This document shows, in pieces, positions 1-8,500 of a stretch of DNA of 64,000 nt (position 1 is its first letter; every line of letters begins with the position of its first letter). The position numbers and the translations under genes were made by a program. The DNA is from Phycisphaeraceae bacterium (GTDB lineage Bacteria; Planctomycetota; Phycisphaerae; Phycisphaerales; Phycisphaeraceae), in assembly GCA_963674705.1 (NCBI GenBank), contig OY771506.1, forward strand, positions 1,696,001-1,760,000. The letters run 5' to 3'. The notes below the pieces were generated by a model, which was not told the DNA's origin, did not search any database, and saw only the letters and a list, made by a program, of their open reading frames with translations.

Positions 1-252
1 AAGGATATCCGCTTCACGACCAAGCCCGGCGTGATCTATGCGATCACATTGGGTCTACCTGATGAAGCGATAGAGATTGAGTCGTTCGGTAAAGATTCAC
101 CGTTGCTCGATTCATCGATCCGCAATGTGCGATTACTCGGCAGCAATGAGAAGCTGGACTGGACGCAGGCGGGTGAAGCGTTGACGATTCAAACACCGAC
201 AAAGTACCCGACGCAGCACGCGGCAGTGTTTGTGGTGGAGTTGGGGGATTGA
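1..252 (+). CDS. C-terminal end of a probable alpha-L-fucosidase (GH29-like), truncated by window edge
   Basis: Frame 1 is open from base 1: KDIRFTTKPGVIYAI...VRLLGS..LDWTQ..EALTI..P..HAAVF resembles the fucosidase C-terminal beta domain. Confidence 0.65.
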   Translation, partial: KDIRFTTKPGVIYAITLGLPDEAIEIESFGKDSPLLDSSIRNVRLLGSNEKLDWTQAGEALTIQTPTKYPTQHAAVFVVELGD

Positions 253-275
253 TTGAGCTGTATCAAGCCTGTTCT

Positions 276-435
276 ACTCCCTCTCCCCCTGGGAGAGGGC
301 CGGGGTGAGGGCCGTTTTGCATTCAATCTGCACAAACCAAACACGATGATGACTTGTTTGTTCCACCAGCGTCAGAAGTCTTAACACACAATCAATCCGG
401 CCCTCACCCTCACCCTCTCCCGCGGGGAGAGGGGA
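276..435. repeat. REP-like inverted pair (CCCTCACCC..CCCTCTCCC..GGGAGAGGG type)
   Basis: actccctctccccctgggagagggccggggtgagggcc (276-313) and its inverse ggccctcaccctcaccctctcccgcggggagagggga (399-435), between convergent genes. Confidence 0.8.
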
Positions 436-481
436 TTGGGGCGAGCAAGCTCGCCCGCTAAACGGGGGTGCGGATGTGTTG

Positions 482-1453
482 TTATGCGCCAAGCGCTGAT
501 TGTTCGGCGATGATGCGGTCTTGCAGTGCGTCGTCTTCAGTGTTGTAGTTGTTGGCATCAGGTGGGAATTGTCCGGCGACCAGTTTCATGCCTTGCCAGG
601 GATCGATCGGGCAGTCGAAGTCGCCGACGACTGACTTGATCTTTGTGTTGTCGAATACGAGCGACATCGCTTTGTCACCCATCAAGGGCCCCTCCCAGTC
701 ACGGTTGTAGCGCACGAGCGTTTCAGTCGGTATGTGTACGAGCTTGTAGTCCGTGACGCCGACCGCCTCGGCGACCGCCTGCATGATGACGTTCCACGAC
801 CATGCGTGATTGCTGGTGAGGTGGAAGTCTTCGCCGATGGCGTCGGGGCTGCCGAGTAATTTGACGAAGGGCGGCGCGAAGTCTTTGGCGTGGGTGATGG
901 TCCAGAGCGACTCGCCGTCGCCATGCACGACGACCGGCTTGCCGCGCAGCAGGCGCGAGATGTCCAGGTTCCCGTGCGTGGGTGTGGGCATGTGTGTTCG
1001 GTAGGTGTGGCTGGGGCGGACGATCGTCCAGGAGAGTTTGGATTGTGCCCGTAATAGTTTTTCCATCTCCGCCTTGGCACGCGAGTACGGCCAGTACGGA
1101 TTGTCCAGCGGCGTGCGCTCCGTGATCGGCCAGCGGCGCACCGGCTTCTGGTAGCACGATGCCGAGCTGATGAATACGTATTGCCCGCAGTGGCCGGTGA
1201 AGAGGTTGATGTCGCGCTTGATTTCGTCGGGTGAGAACAGGTGGAACTGGCAGATCACGTCGAAGTTTTCATCGGCGAGCTGGCCGTAGGCCGCGTCGTC
1301 TTGGATGTCGCCGGTGATAAAGCGGATACCGTCGGGCAGTCCGGCGTTGTTGTTGCCGCGGTTGTAGACGCAGACTTCGTCTCCGAGTTTCACGGACTGG
1401 TGGATGCAATCGAAACTGATCTCACCGGTACCGCCGATGTAGAGGACTTTCAT
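482..1453 (-). CDS. NAD-dependent epimerase/dehydratase (extended SDR)
   Basis: N-terminal IGGTGEIS Rossmann motif, FISSA, YSRAK, VRPSHTY. Confidence 0.85.
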   Translation of the reverse strand: MKVLYIGGTGEISFDCIHQSVKLGDEVCVYNRGNNNAGLPDGIRFITGDIQDDAAYGQLADENFDVICQFHLFSPDEIKRDINLFTGHCGQYVFISSASCYQKPVRRWPITERTPLDNPYWPYSRAKAEMEKLLRAQSKLSWTIVRPSHTYRTHMPTPTHGNLDISRLLRGKPVVVHGDGESLWTITHAKDFAPPFVKLLGSPDAIGEDFHLTSNHAWSWNVIMQAVAEAVGVTDYKLVHIPTETLVRYNRDWEGPLMGDKAMSLVFDNTKIKSVVGDFDCPIDPWQGMKLVAGQFPPDANNYNTEDDALQDRIIAEQSALGA

Positions 1454-1480
1454 GGTTTACCCTTGTATCAAGATAAAAAG

Positions 1481-1650
1481 AAACCGCTAAGGTGCAGAGT
1501 TTGCAAAGAAAAAGCCACCGATGAACACGGATGAACTCAGATGAAGAATCGTGAGGGGGTTTTGTCCTCCTTTTCTTATCCGTGTTTATCTGTATTCATC
1601 CGTGGCTGATTGTACTTCCTAACTTCGCGCTCTTCGCACCTTCGCGGTTT
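1481..1650. repeat. Nested 9-mer-based palindromic element
   Basis: Inner arms gccaccgatgaacacggatgaactcagat / atccgtgtttatctgtattcatccgtggc; outer arms aaaccgctaaggtgc / gcaccttcgcggttt. Confidence 0.75.
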
Positions 1651-1669
1651 ATCTACGATTAATCGATTA

Positions 1670-2380
1670 CTACTCGGCGTGGGTGAGTTCCGTGCGGTCG
1701 TACGGGCAGTAGTTGTAATCGCCGCGGAAGTCCCGGCCGCACTTGCTGCAATGCTTGGGGACCAGCAGCGACGGCAGCGGGGTCTGGACCTCGAACGACA
1801 GGTCGTTGAGCTTCATGGTGAATTCACCTTTGTTTACGGCATCTGCGATCACGCGGCCCGTGCTGTCCTTGCGTGGGAAGATGACGAACGACATGTTCTG
1901 ACCCATGGGGCCGAGCATGTTCTGCAGGACCGGACGCATCGAACCGACGAGCATCATCATGTCCGGGGCAACCTTGTTGTCATCCAAAGGCTTGACCTCT
2001 TCGCCGTCGGCGTTGATCAGGATGATCTGTTGACGCACCTGGCTCGGTGGGACGAACCTGACGCCGCCGAACGGGCCCATCTGGCCGTCGACGCATATCA
2101 CCATGGTGTATTGTGAAACCAGGTCGGTGACTTCCTTGATGCCTTCTTCGGTGGTTGTCGGGTCCGAGGCCAGCGAGACTGCCCAGAACTCGTCCGGCAG
2201 CCACCACATCAACGTCATCCGATCCGTTTCATCTGTTGAAAACTGCGTATCCGCAAGCACGTCGTTGATCGATACATCTTTGATCGGCCGCAGATGGATT
2301 TCTTCCTGCGCCCAGGCGGCCTGTGCCGAGAATAAACCAACCAACACTGTCAGGACAACGAGGCGTAGAGCGTGGGACAT
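1670..2380 (-). CDS. Exported hypothetical protein with C-terminal zinc ribbon
   Basis: Signal peptide ending AQAAWA; C-terminal CSKC...YCPYD. Confidence 0.75.
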   Translation of the reverse strand: MSHALRLVVLTVLVGLFSAQAAWAQEEIHLRPIKDVSINDVLADTQFSTDETDRMTLMWWLPDEFWAVSLASDPTTTEEGIKEVTDLVSQYTMVICVDGQMGPFGGVRFVPPSQVRQQIILINADGEEVKPLDDNKVAPDMMMLVGSMRPVLQNMLGPMGQNMSFVIFPRKDSTGRVIADAVNKGEFTMKLNDLSFEVQTPLPSLLVPKHCSKCGRDFRGDYNYCPYDRTELTHAE

Positions 2381-2434
2381 GAGTCGATCCTTTTTTGAAG
2401 AGGATGTTGATGAGTAATCAGATCAATGTGCAGA

Positions 2435-3658
2435 TTAAATCTTCGGCTTCTGCTTCAAGCCGCGTACCTGCATGGGCAGGCCGAACAGGTCGATGAAGCC
2501 GCGGCCGGCGGTGACGTCGAACTTGTCCATGGCGAAGCTGGCGAGGTCCAGGTCGTACAGGCTCTTGGGGCTTTCGGAGGCAACAGCCTGGGCGCGGCCC
2601 TTGTAGAGCTTGACGGTGACGGTGCCGGTGACGACTTTGTTGGTTTCGTCGACGAAGGCCTGCATCGCTTCGCGCAGCGGGTGGAACCACTGGCCGTTGT
2701 AGGTCAGTTCGGCGTAGCGCAGCGCGAGTTGCTGCTTGTAGTGATAGGTGTCGCGTTCAAGGCAGAGCTGTTCAAGTGCTTTGTGCGCTTCGTAAAGGAT
2801 GGTGCCGCCGGGTGTTTCGTATACGCCGCGCGACTTCATGCCGACGAGCCGGTTTTCTACCAGGACGGTGGTGCCGACGGCGTGCTGGCCGCCGATGTTG
2901 TTGAGCATCTGGATCAGGTCGTGGCCGGCGAGTTTCTTGCCGTCGACGGAGATCGGCACGCCCTTGTCGAAGCCGACCTTGACGTATTGCGGCTTGTTCG
3001 GGGCCTTGCTGACGGGCAGCGTCATGACCAGGCACGCGTCGAGCGGTTCGTTGGCCGGGTTTTCGATCTCGGCGCCCTCGTGGGAGATGTGCCAGAGGTT
3101 TCGATCGCGTGAGTAGATCTTCTTCTTGGACTGATCGACCGGGACGTTGTGGGCGTTGGCGTAGTCGACAGCGGCCTCACGGCTGGTGAGTTCGAAGGTC
3201 GGGTCTTTCCAGGGGCTGATGACTTTGAGCTTGGGGTTGAGCGCGCGATAGGTCAGCTCGAAGCGGACCTGGTCGTTGCCCTTGCCTGTTGCGCCGTGGC
3301 CGACGGCATCGGCTTTGGTCTGCTTGGCGACGAGGACCTGGTGCTTGGCGATCAGCGGCCGGGCGATGGATGTGCCCAGCAGGTAATCCGATTCATAGAT
3401 CGCGTGAGCCCGGAGCATGGGGAAGCAGTACTGCTCGGCAAACTCCTTGCGCAGGTCCTTGATGACGACCTCATCGGCGCCGGATTCGTAGGCTTTCTTT
3501 TCGATGCCCTTGAGTTCATCGCCCTGCCCCAGTTCAGCGGCGAAGGCGACGAGTTTGACGCCGGGGTAGCGTTCCTTGAGCCAGGGGAGGATGACGGAGG
3601 TATCGAGGCCGCCGGAGTAGGCGAGGACGATTTTCTTCGGGTCGGCTTGTTTTGCCAT
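2435..3658 (-). CDS. argG: Argininosuccinate synthase
   Basis: LAYSGGLDTS, HGATGKGNDQVRFE, SRGVYETPGG; likely start MAKQADP. Confidence 0.97.
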   Translation of the reverse strand: MAKQADPKKIVLAYSGGLDTSVILPWLKERYPGVKLVAFAAELGQGDELKGIEKKAYESGADEVVIKDLRKEFAEQYCFPMLRAHAIYESDYLLGTSIARPLIAKHQVLVAKQTKADAVGHGATGKGNDQVRFELTYRALNPKLKVISPWKDPTFELTSREAAVDYANAHNVPVDQSKKKIYSRDRNLWHISHEGAEIENPANEPLDACLVMTLPVSKAPNKPQYVKVGFDKGVPISVDGKKLAGHDLIQMLNNIGGQHAVGTTVLVENRLVGMKSRGVYETPGGTILYEAHKALEQLCLERDTYHYKQQLALRYAELTYNGQWFHPLREAMQAFVDETNKVVTGTVTVKLYKGRAQAVASESPKSLYDLDLASFAMDKFDVTAGRGFIDLFGLPMQVRGLKQKPKI

Positions 3659-4264
3659 GGTTGCGATCCTTAACACAGAGGGTGCGAATCCGGCATGATA
3701 ACACGGGGTGTGGGCCAGCTAAAGCGGCGGTTTTGCAGGTGCGTGGTTCTGAGATTCATTGCAGTCCCAGTGGGGTATGTATCTATATAGACAGGAAGGC
3801 GGTGACACTGCTGCAATATTGCGGGCGTTCCATCTTGCCATGTTTGCCTAAACCCACTGTTTCGGGATGCTGGTGGATTTTGATAGGTAGGTAAACTGGC
3901 AAAAAAGGTGATGTTTATAGGGCATTTCGTTTGCCGGGTGGCCGGGTGTGGGGTTTATTTGAAGGTACGGGAAACCGATCTGCGGTTTTCGGTATGTGTG
4001 TGCTCCTGGAGGCGGGGAAAGCCTCGTTGGCGGGATCGGATGTGCTCGGGACTTCACTTGGGCCCACTTCTAATCCGACACCGGGTCAACGACGGAAAAG
4101 CCCCATCAGCATCGGCGTGGATCGTGCGCTTCGGGAGCGTGATTTGTACGCCCGTATTGCCGGCTTGGCCTGTGGGTTAAGCCGGGGCGGGAGAAGTTTG
4201 GCCGAACCGGGATTGACCGGATGGTGTGTTTGCCGATCCGGACCGGCCAGTAAGGAGGAGAGAG

Positions 4265-5011
4265 ATGATCAAGACCGCTGCTTCGTGGATGCTGGGCCTG
4301 GCCCTGACGGCTTCGTTTACCGCTACGGCCAACGCCGCGTATATCAACTACGGCCACTTCGGCCCGGACTTCCCCGGCACGAGCATATACAAGGCTGTGA
4401 CCGAATCCTCCGGCACCGACGCGGTCCCGCTGTTTGATGTGCCCACGATTCATCACGATTCGCTGGACTTCGACCCCAAGTCGTTCGTCGCCAGCGCAGC
4501 CAATGGTCTGGCGGACATCACCGATGGGCAACTGAACTATACGCTTTTGGCGTTCCCCGGCAGCGGCGCTACCTCGATCGAGATCGCTGAGAGCGGCGAC
4601 TTCTCACTGATGGGTATCGGCGACGCGGCAACATTGGTCGCGGCCGGTTTGTCGATCGACATCGATATCCTGGAAGTCGACGGTGTGGCGCTGGTCGATC
4701 CGATCTCCTTCTATGCAAGCAGCAGCATGATCATTGACATGGTCAGCAGCGGCCAGGTTTTACTGGACCCATGGAGCAACGGCCTGGTGGTCGATCTGGC
4801 TGCCGTGCTGGTTGCAAACCAGATCGAGTTTGATTTGGGCGTGACCAAGGCTGAGATCGTCATCGATAACACACTGCAAGCGTTCAGCCAGGTCGGCACG
4901 ACCGCCTATATCGCCAAGAAGGACTTCACGATCACCACCCACATGGTCCCCGAGCCGGCCAGCATGGTGCTGATGAGCATGGGGTTGTTGTGCGTGCTGC
5001 GCCGTCGTTGA
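4265..5011 (+). CDS. PEP-CTERM sorting domain protein
   Basis: RBS aggagg before ATG 4265, signal peptide, C-terminal VPEPASMVLMSMGLLCVLRRR. Confidence 0.93.
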   Translation: MIKTAASWMLGLALTASFTATANAAYINYGHFGPDFPGTSIYKAVTESSGTDAVPLFDVPTIHHDSLDFDPKSFVASAANGLADITDGQLNYTLLAFPGSGATSIEIAESGDFSLMGIGDAATLVAAGLSIDIDILEVDGVALVDPISFYASSSMIIDMVSSGQVLLDPWSNGLVVDLAAVLVANQIEFDLGVTKAEIVIDNTLQAFSQVGTTAYIAKKDFTITTHMVPEPASMVLMSMGLLCVLRRR

Positions 5012-5033
5012 GGACCGCATCAAAAACTAAAAT

Positions 5034-5073
5034 AAAACAAGCCGGCGCTGAGAGGTGCCGGCTTGTTGTTTGT
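5034..5073. terminator. Bidirectional intrinsic terminator
   Basis: aaacaagccggcgc-tgagag-gtgccggcttgttgtttg hairpin with A/T flanks after the PEP-CTERM gene. Confidence 0.7.
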
Positions 5074-5108
5074 TTACAGAACCTGAGCTTCTTGCTTGAC
5101 CATAAATC

Positions 5109-5181
5109 GTCATTCCCGCGCAGGCGGGAATCCACGCGATTAATGAATCCCTGTACGTGGATCCCCGCGGGCGGGAATGAC
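5109..5181. repeat. GTCATTCCCGCG..GCGGGAAT-type REP-like inverted pair
   Basis: gtcattcccgcgcaggcgggaatcca ... tggatccccgcgggcgggaatgac. Confidence 0.8.
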
Positions 5182-5230
5182 AATGCATGCGTAAGTGTTC
5201 ACGCACTCGGCTTTATTAATTCAACCGTAA

Positions 5231-5446
5231 TCAATAGTTCCTGTTGTGACACTTGTTAAGTCGCTCCAGGTAGAGCTGGTGCAGTTCCTGCTCGTTGAGG
5301 TCGGGGAAGCGCCGGCGCAGGCCGTCGCGGAAACGTCGACGTGTGTCTTTGGTGGGTTCGATCGCCTTGGCCAGGCGCTGCTGCGGCGTCATGCGTCGCA
5401 ACGCCTGTATATAGATCGCGTGATTGGGACGAGGTTTGGGGTTCAT
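5231..5446 (-). CDS. Small basic hypothetical protein (antitoxin-like)
   Basis: 71 aa, LRRMTPQQRL...GLRRRFPDLNEQEL resembles small genes preceding nucleotidyltransferases. Confidence 0.6.
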   Translation of the reverse strand: MNPKPRPNHAIYIQALRRMTPQQRLAKAIEPTKDTRRRFRDGLRRRFPDLNEQELHQLYLERLNKCHNRNY

Positions 5447-5520
5447 ATCCAGTTCGGATCATAGAATCCTAAAGCGTTCTCACTACCGCCGAACTATTCT
5501 AGCAGACTATTGGTTAACCA

Positions 5521-8500
5521 TTATTCTGTTTTATTGCCGGGTTTCTGTATCGGCTCCTGGGCTCTACTCTGTATCTGATCCATCGCGCCGACGGGGTCGC
5601 GGAAGAAGTGTGGGGTCCAGATGTGGGTGAACTGCCAGCCGGTCCATTGGAAGATGCTTTGGCGATAGAGTTCCCATTCGATGGGGTCGGGGGCACGGTC
5701 GTAGCGGGTGAAGTCGCAGAGCAGGCCGACTGTGACGTCGTCCGGATTCTGTGGATGGTGAAGCGCGACGTCGATGCAGAAAGCTTCGTTGCCCCAGTGC
5801 ATGTCGCAGCCGATGCGTTTGTGTTCGGCGAGTTGTTGGCCCAGCGCCATGGCGAAGCCGGAGACGGGTGGGATGGGTCTGCGGATGACGGAGGGCTTGC
5901 CGGTGGTGGTTTGTTCGTTGGCCTGTTCGAGGATGCGGTTGTTCTCGTCGTACAACTCGGCAAGTTGCTCGGCGTAACGCAGGTATGCAAAGAGCAGCCA
6001 CGCACCGCTTGGCGCAGCACCGGCGGGCAGGTTTTCAACGGATAGATAGTTTTCGCGCGGGATGGAAGTGACGAGGTGGACCTCTTGCCTGGCGCGAGTG
6101 ACCAGGACGTTCAGTCGACGGCCGCCACCGGTGCGGCCGAGCGGGCCGAAGCGTCGGTAGAACTTGCCTTCTTTGTTCGGGCCGTATGTTGTAGAGATGA
6201 TGATGTGATCGCGTTCATCGCCCTGCACGTTTTCGAGGTTTTTGACGAACAGGCCCTCGTAGGAAGCGTCGCCGACGCGGGCGCGTGCCTTGGCAAGACG
6301 CGAAGCAAAGGCATCATCATCAACCGCGCGATCATCGAGCATGTCGACGATCAGGTCGCGTTGCGTGATGTTGAAGCAGGCGATGCCGATGGAAGGGGGA
6401 TCGGCCCGGCGTAGCAGGTCATCGACGATCTGCACGACGCGCTCCGCCTCGATGCGGTTGCAGCGGTTTTCGTAGATGCCGTCCGCACGATCAATGCGCA
6501 GCGGCGGGACGACGGCGCGGTTCTTCGGATGGCCCGGGATGGATTGCAGGCGGTTTTTGTAGAAGTGCTCGTTGGAGAACTCGATCAGGTCCGCGTTGCG
6601 CGAACGGTAGTGGACATCGAGGTAAGCCTCTTCGACCTGAAGATTCAGCGCGGCGGCGAGCAGGTCTTCGACCTCGGCCTGCTGGGCTTCGAACAAGTCC
6701 TGTTCGGTTTCCAGTTCTTCATCTTCGCTGACACTGATCGCGGCCTCGAAGAAGCGCGTGGGCGGAAGCTGCTTGGGGTCGCCCGCAATGACGACGCGCT
6801 TGGCGCGGGTCAGGACGGGCAGCGCCTCTTCGAGCCGGCACTGTGAAGCTTCGTCGAAGATGACGACATCAAACAACGGCTCACGCGGGAAGACCTGCGC
6901 GACGGTTTCAGGGCTCGCCATCCAGATCGGGCACATATCAAAGAGTGGGTCCGTTTCACCTTCCGCTAGATTGTTTCGGCCGACGGCGATCATCTGGCGC
7001 AGACGCATGGCGCGTTTGCCACGGACGAATAAACGTCGACGCAGGTCCGCGCCGGCGCTATTGAGCCGTGAACCCGTCATGGCAAGCAATCGGCTTCGCT
7101 GTTTTTCGACCCATTGATCGAGCACATAGTCACGAACGAGGACGCGCTTTTGCTCTTCGAGCTCGTGGTAACGTGAGAACAGGTGTGTCAATCGTTGGCT
7201 ATCGAGGCGGTTGAGTTCCGGGTTGGCCTGCAACCTGCGGCGGACTTCGGCTGCGAGGACACAGCGGATCAGAGCGGCGACGGCTTCGCCGGGTTCGATG
7301 CCTGCGGTGAGTGTGATGCGGATGTTTTTCGCGAGGTTTTCAGGTAGTTGCGATACGCCATCGTGGATACGCAGGACGGATTCGAGCGAGTCGAAACGCT
7401 TTTCGAGTTGTGCGAGTGTTTCGCCGGCCTGCTTGCCTTCACGCAGCTGGGTGAACGCCTGGGTAAGCCAAGCGGTGTTGAAGAGGCTGGAAGCGCGCAT
7501 GGATTGTTCAAGAGCTTGCAGCGATTCAGCACGCGCGGGGCTGCGTTTCAGGCCGTCGAGTAAGTTGAGTCTGTCGTCTTCGATTTGAATCGCGCGTTCG
7601 AGGGTGGCGGTCAGGTGTGTATCGTCTTTGACGAGATCGATCGCGCCTAGTGTGCAGGCGTAGCCGTCGAGCGTTTGGATGAGTTCGTCGTCGGGGCGGA
7701 GGGTGCGTGATTGCTGAGTGTTGAGTGTTGAATGCTGAGGGGAAGAAGATACCCGGCCCTTCGCTTCGCTCAGAGCCGGCGTTAGGGGGGCGGTGGTGTC
7801 TGCGGGTAATAGTTGGTTGGTGGTGTGGGTTAGCAGGAGGCGGTCGCGCAGGCCGGTGAAGAAAGCTTCGAGTTTGTTGGCGTCTTCGGTGTTGGCGCCG
7901 AGGCCGAAGCTGCCGAGTAGTTTGCCGGCCTTGCTCTTTAAGCCGAAGGCGAAGATGCGCGTCCAGCTCTGCATCTTTTGCTGATACCACTTCAGCAGGG
8001 TGATGTCTTCGTTGAGTTTGCGCAGGTTGGGCAGATCGCCGCCAAGGACGAGTGAGAGTTCGCCATCAAGTGGTTTATCGAGAGATTGTCTGCGGGCTTC
8101 GCTGTCGCGGATCGTCGCCAGGGCTTTACGGCGCGTATCGTCATCCATCGCAAGGACGTGTTTGCGGATCGCGTCGCTCGTTCGGCCGATGCGCTCGACT
8201 AACGGGATCAGCTTGTTACGCAGTTCGACTTGTTCCGGCAGCGACGAGTCGGGATCGAAGGGTGGGATGTTCTCATGCTTCGCATTGTCGGCGACACGCG
8301 CATCTTCAATACACGAAGCCAGAACACGGCGAAGTTCGTCGATCGGGCGTGCGAGGTAATCGTCGAGCGAACCGCCGGCACAGTTGGACCAGGGGTTGGT
8401 CTCGTAGCTGATGGATTCTGCACGTTGGAAGATGACTTCGATGTCATCGCTGCGTTTTTCGAAGATGTCGAGCGTGATGGTGGCAAGCGCATCCTCATCG

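Noticed and set aside
274..558. 94-aa ORF, and the many antisense/alternate-frame ORFs in the track
   Set aside because: This ORF is a translation of REP-like repeats (PLPAGEGEGEG, LTPALSQGER); the others shadow well-supported genes in GC-rich DNA
1481..1650. CRISPR array (also considered for 62772-62961 and heptamer arrays)
   Set aside because: Repeats are inverted or directly tandem with no unique spacers; no cas genes
3960..4110. c-di-GMP or other riboswitch
   Set aside because: Only short GAAA-containing stems; the conserved aptamer core was not matched
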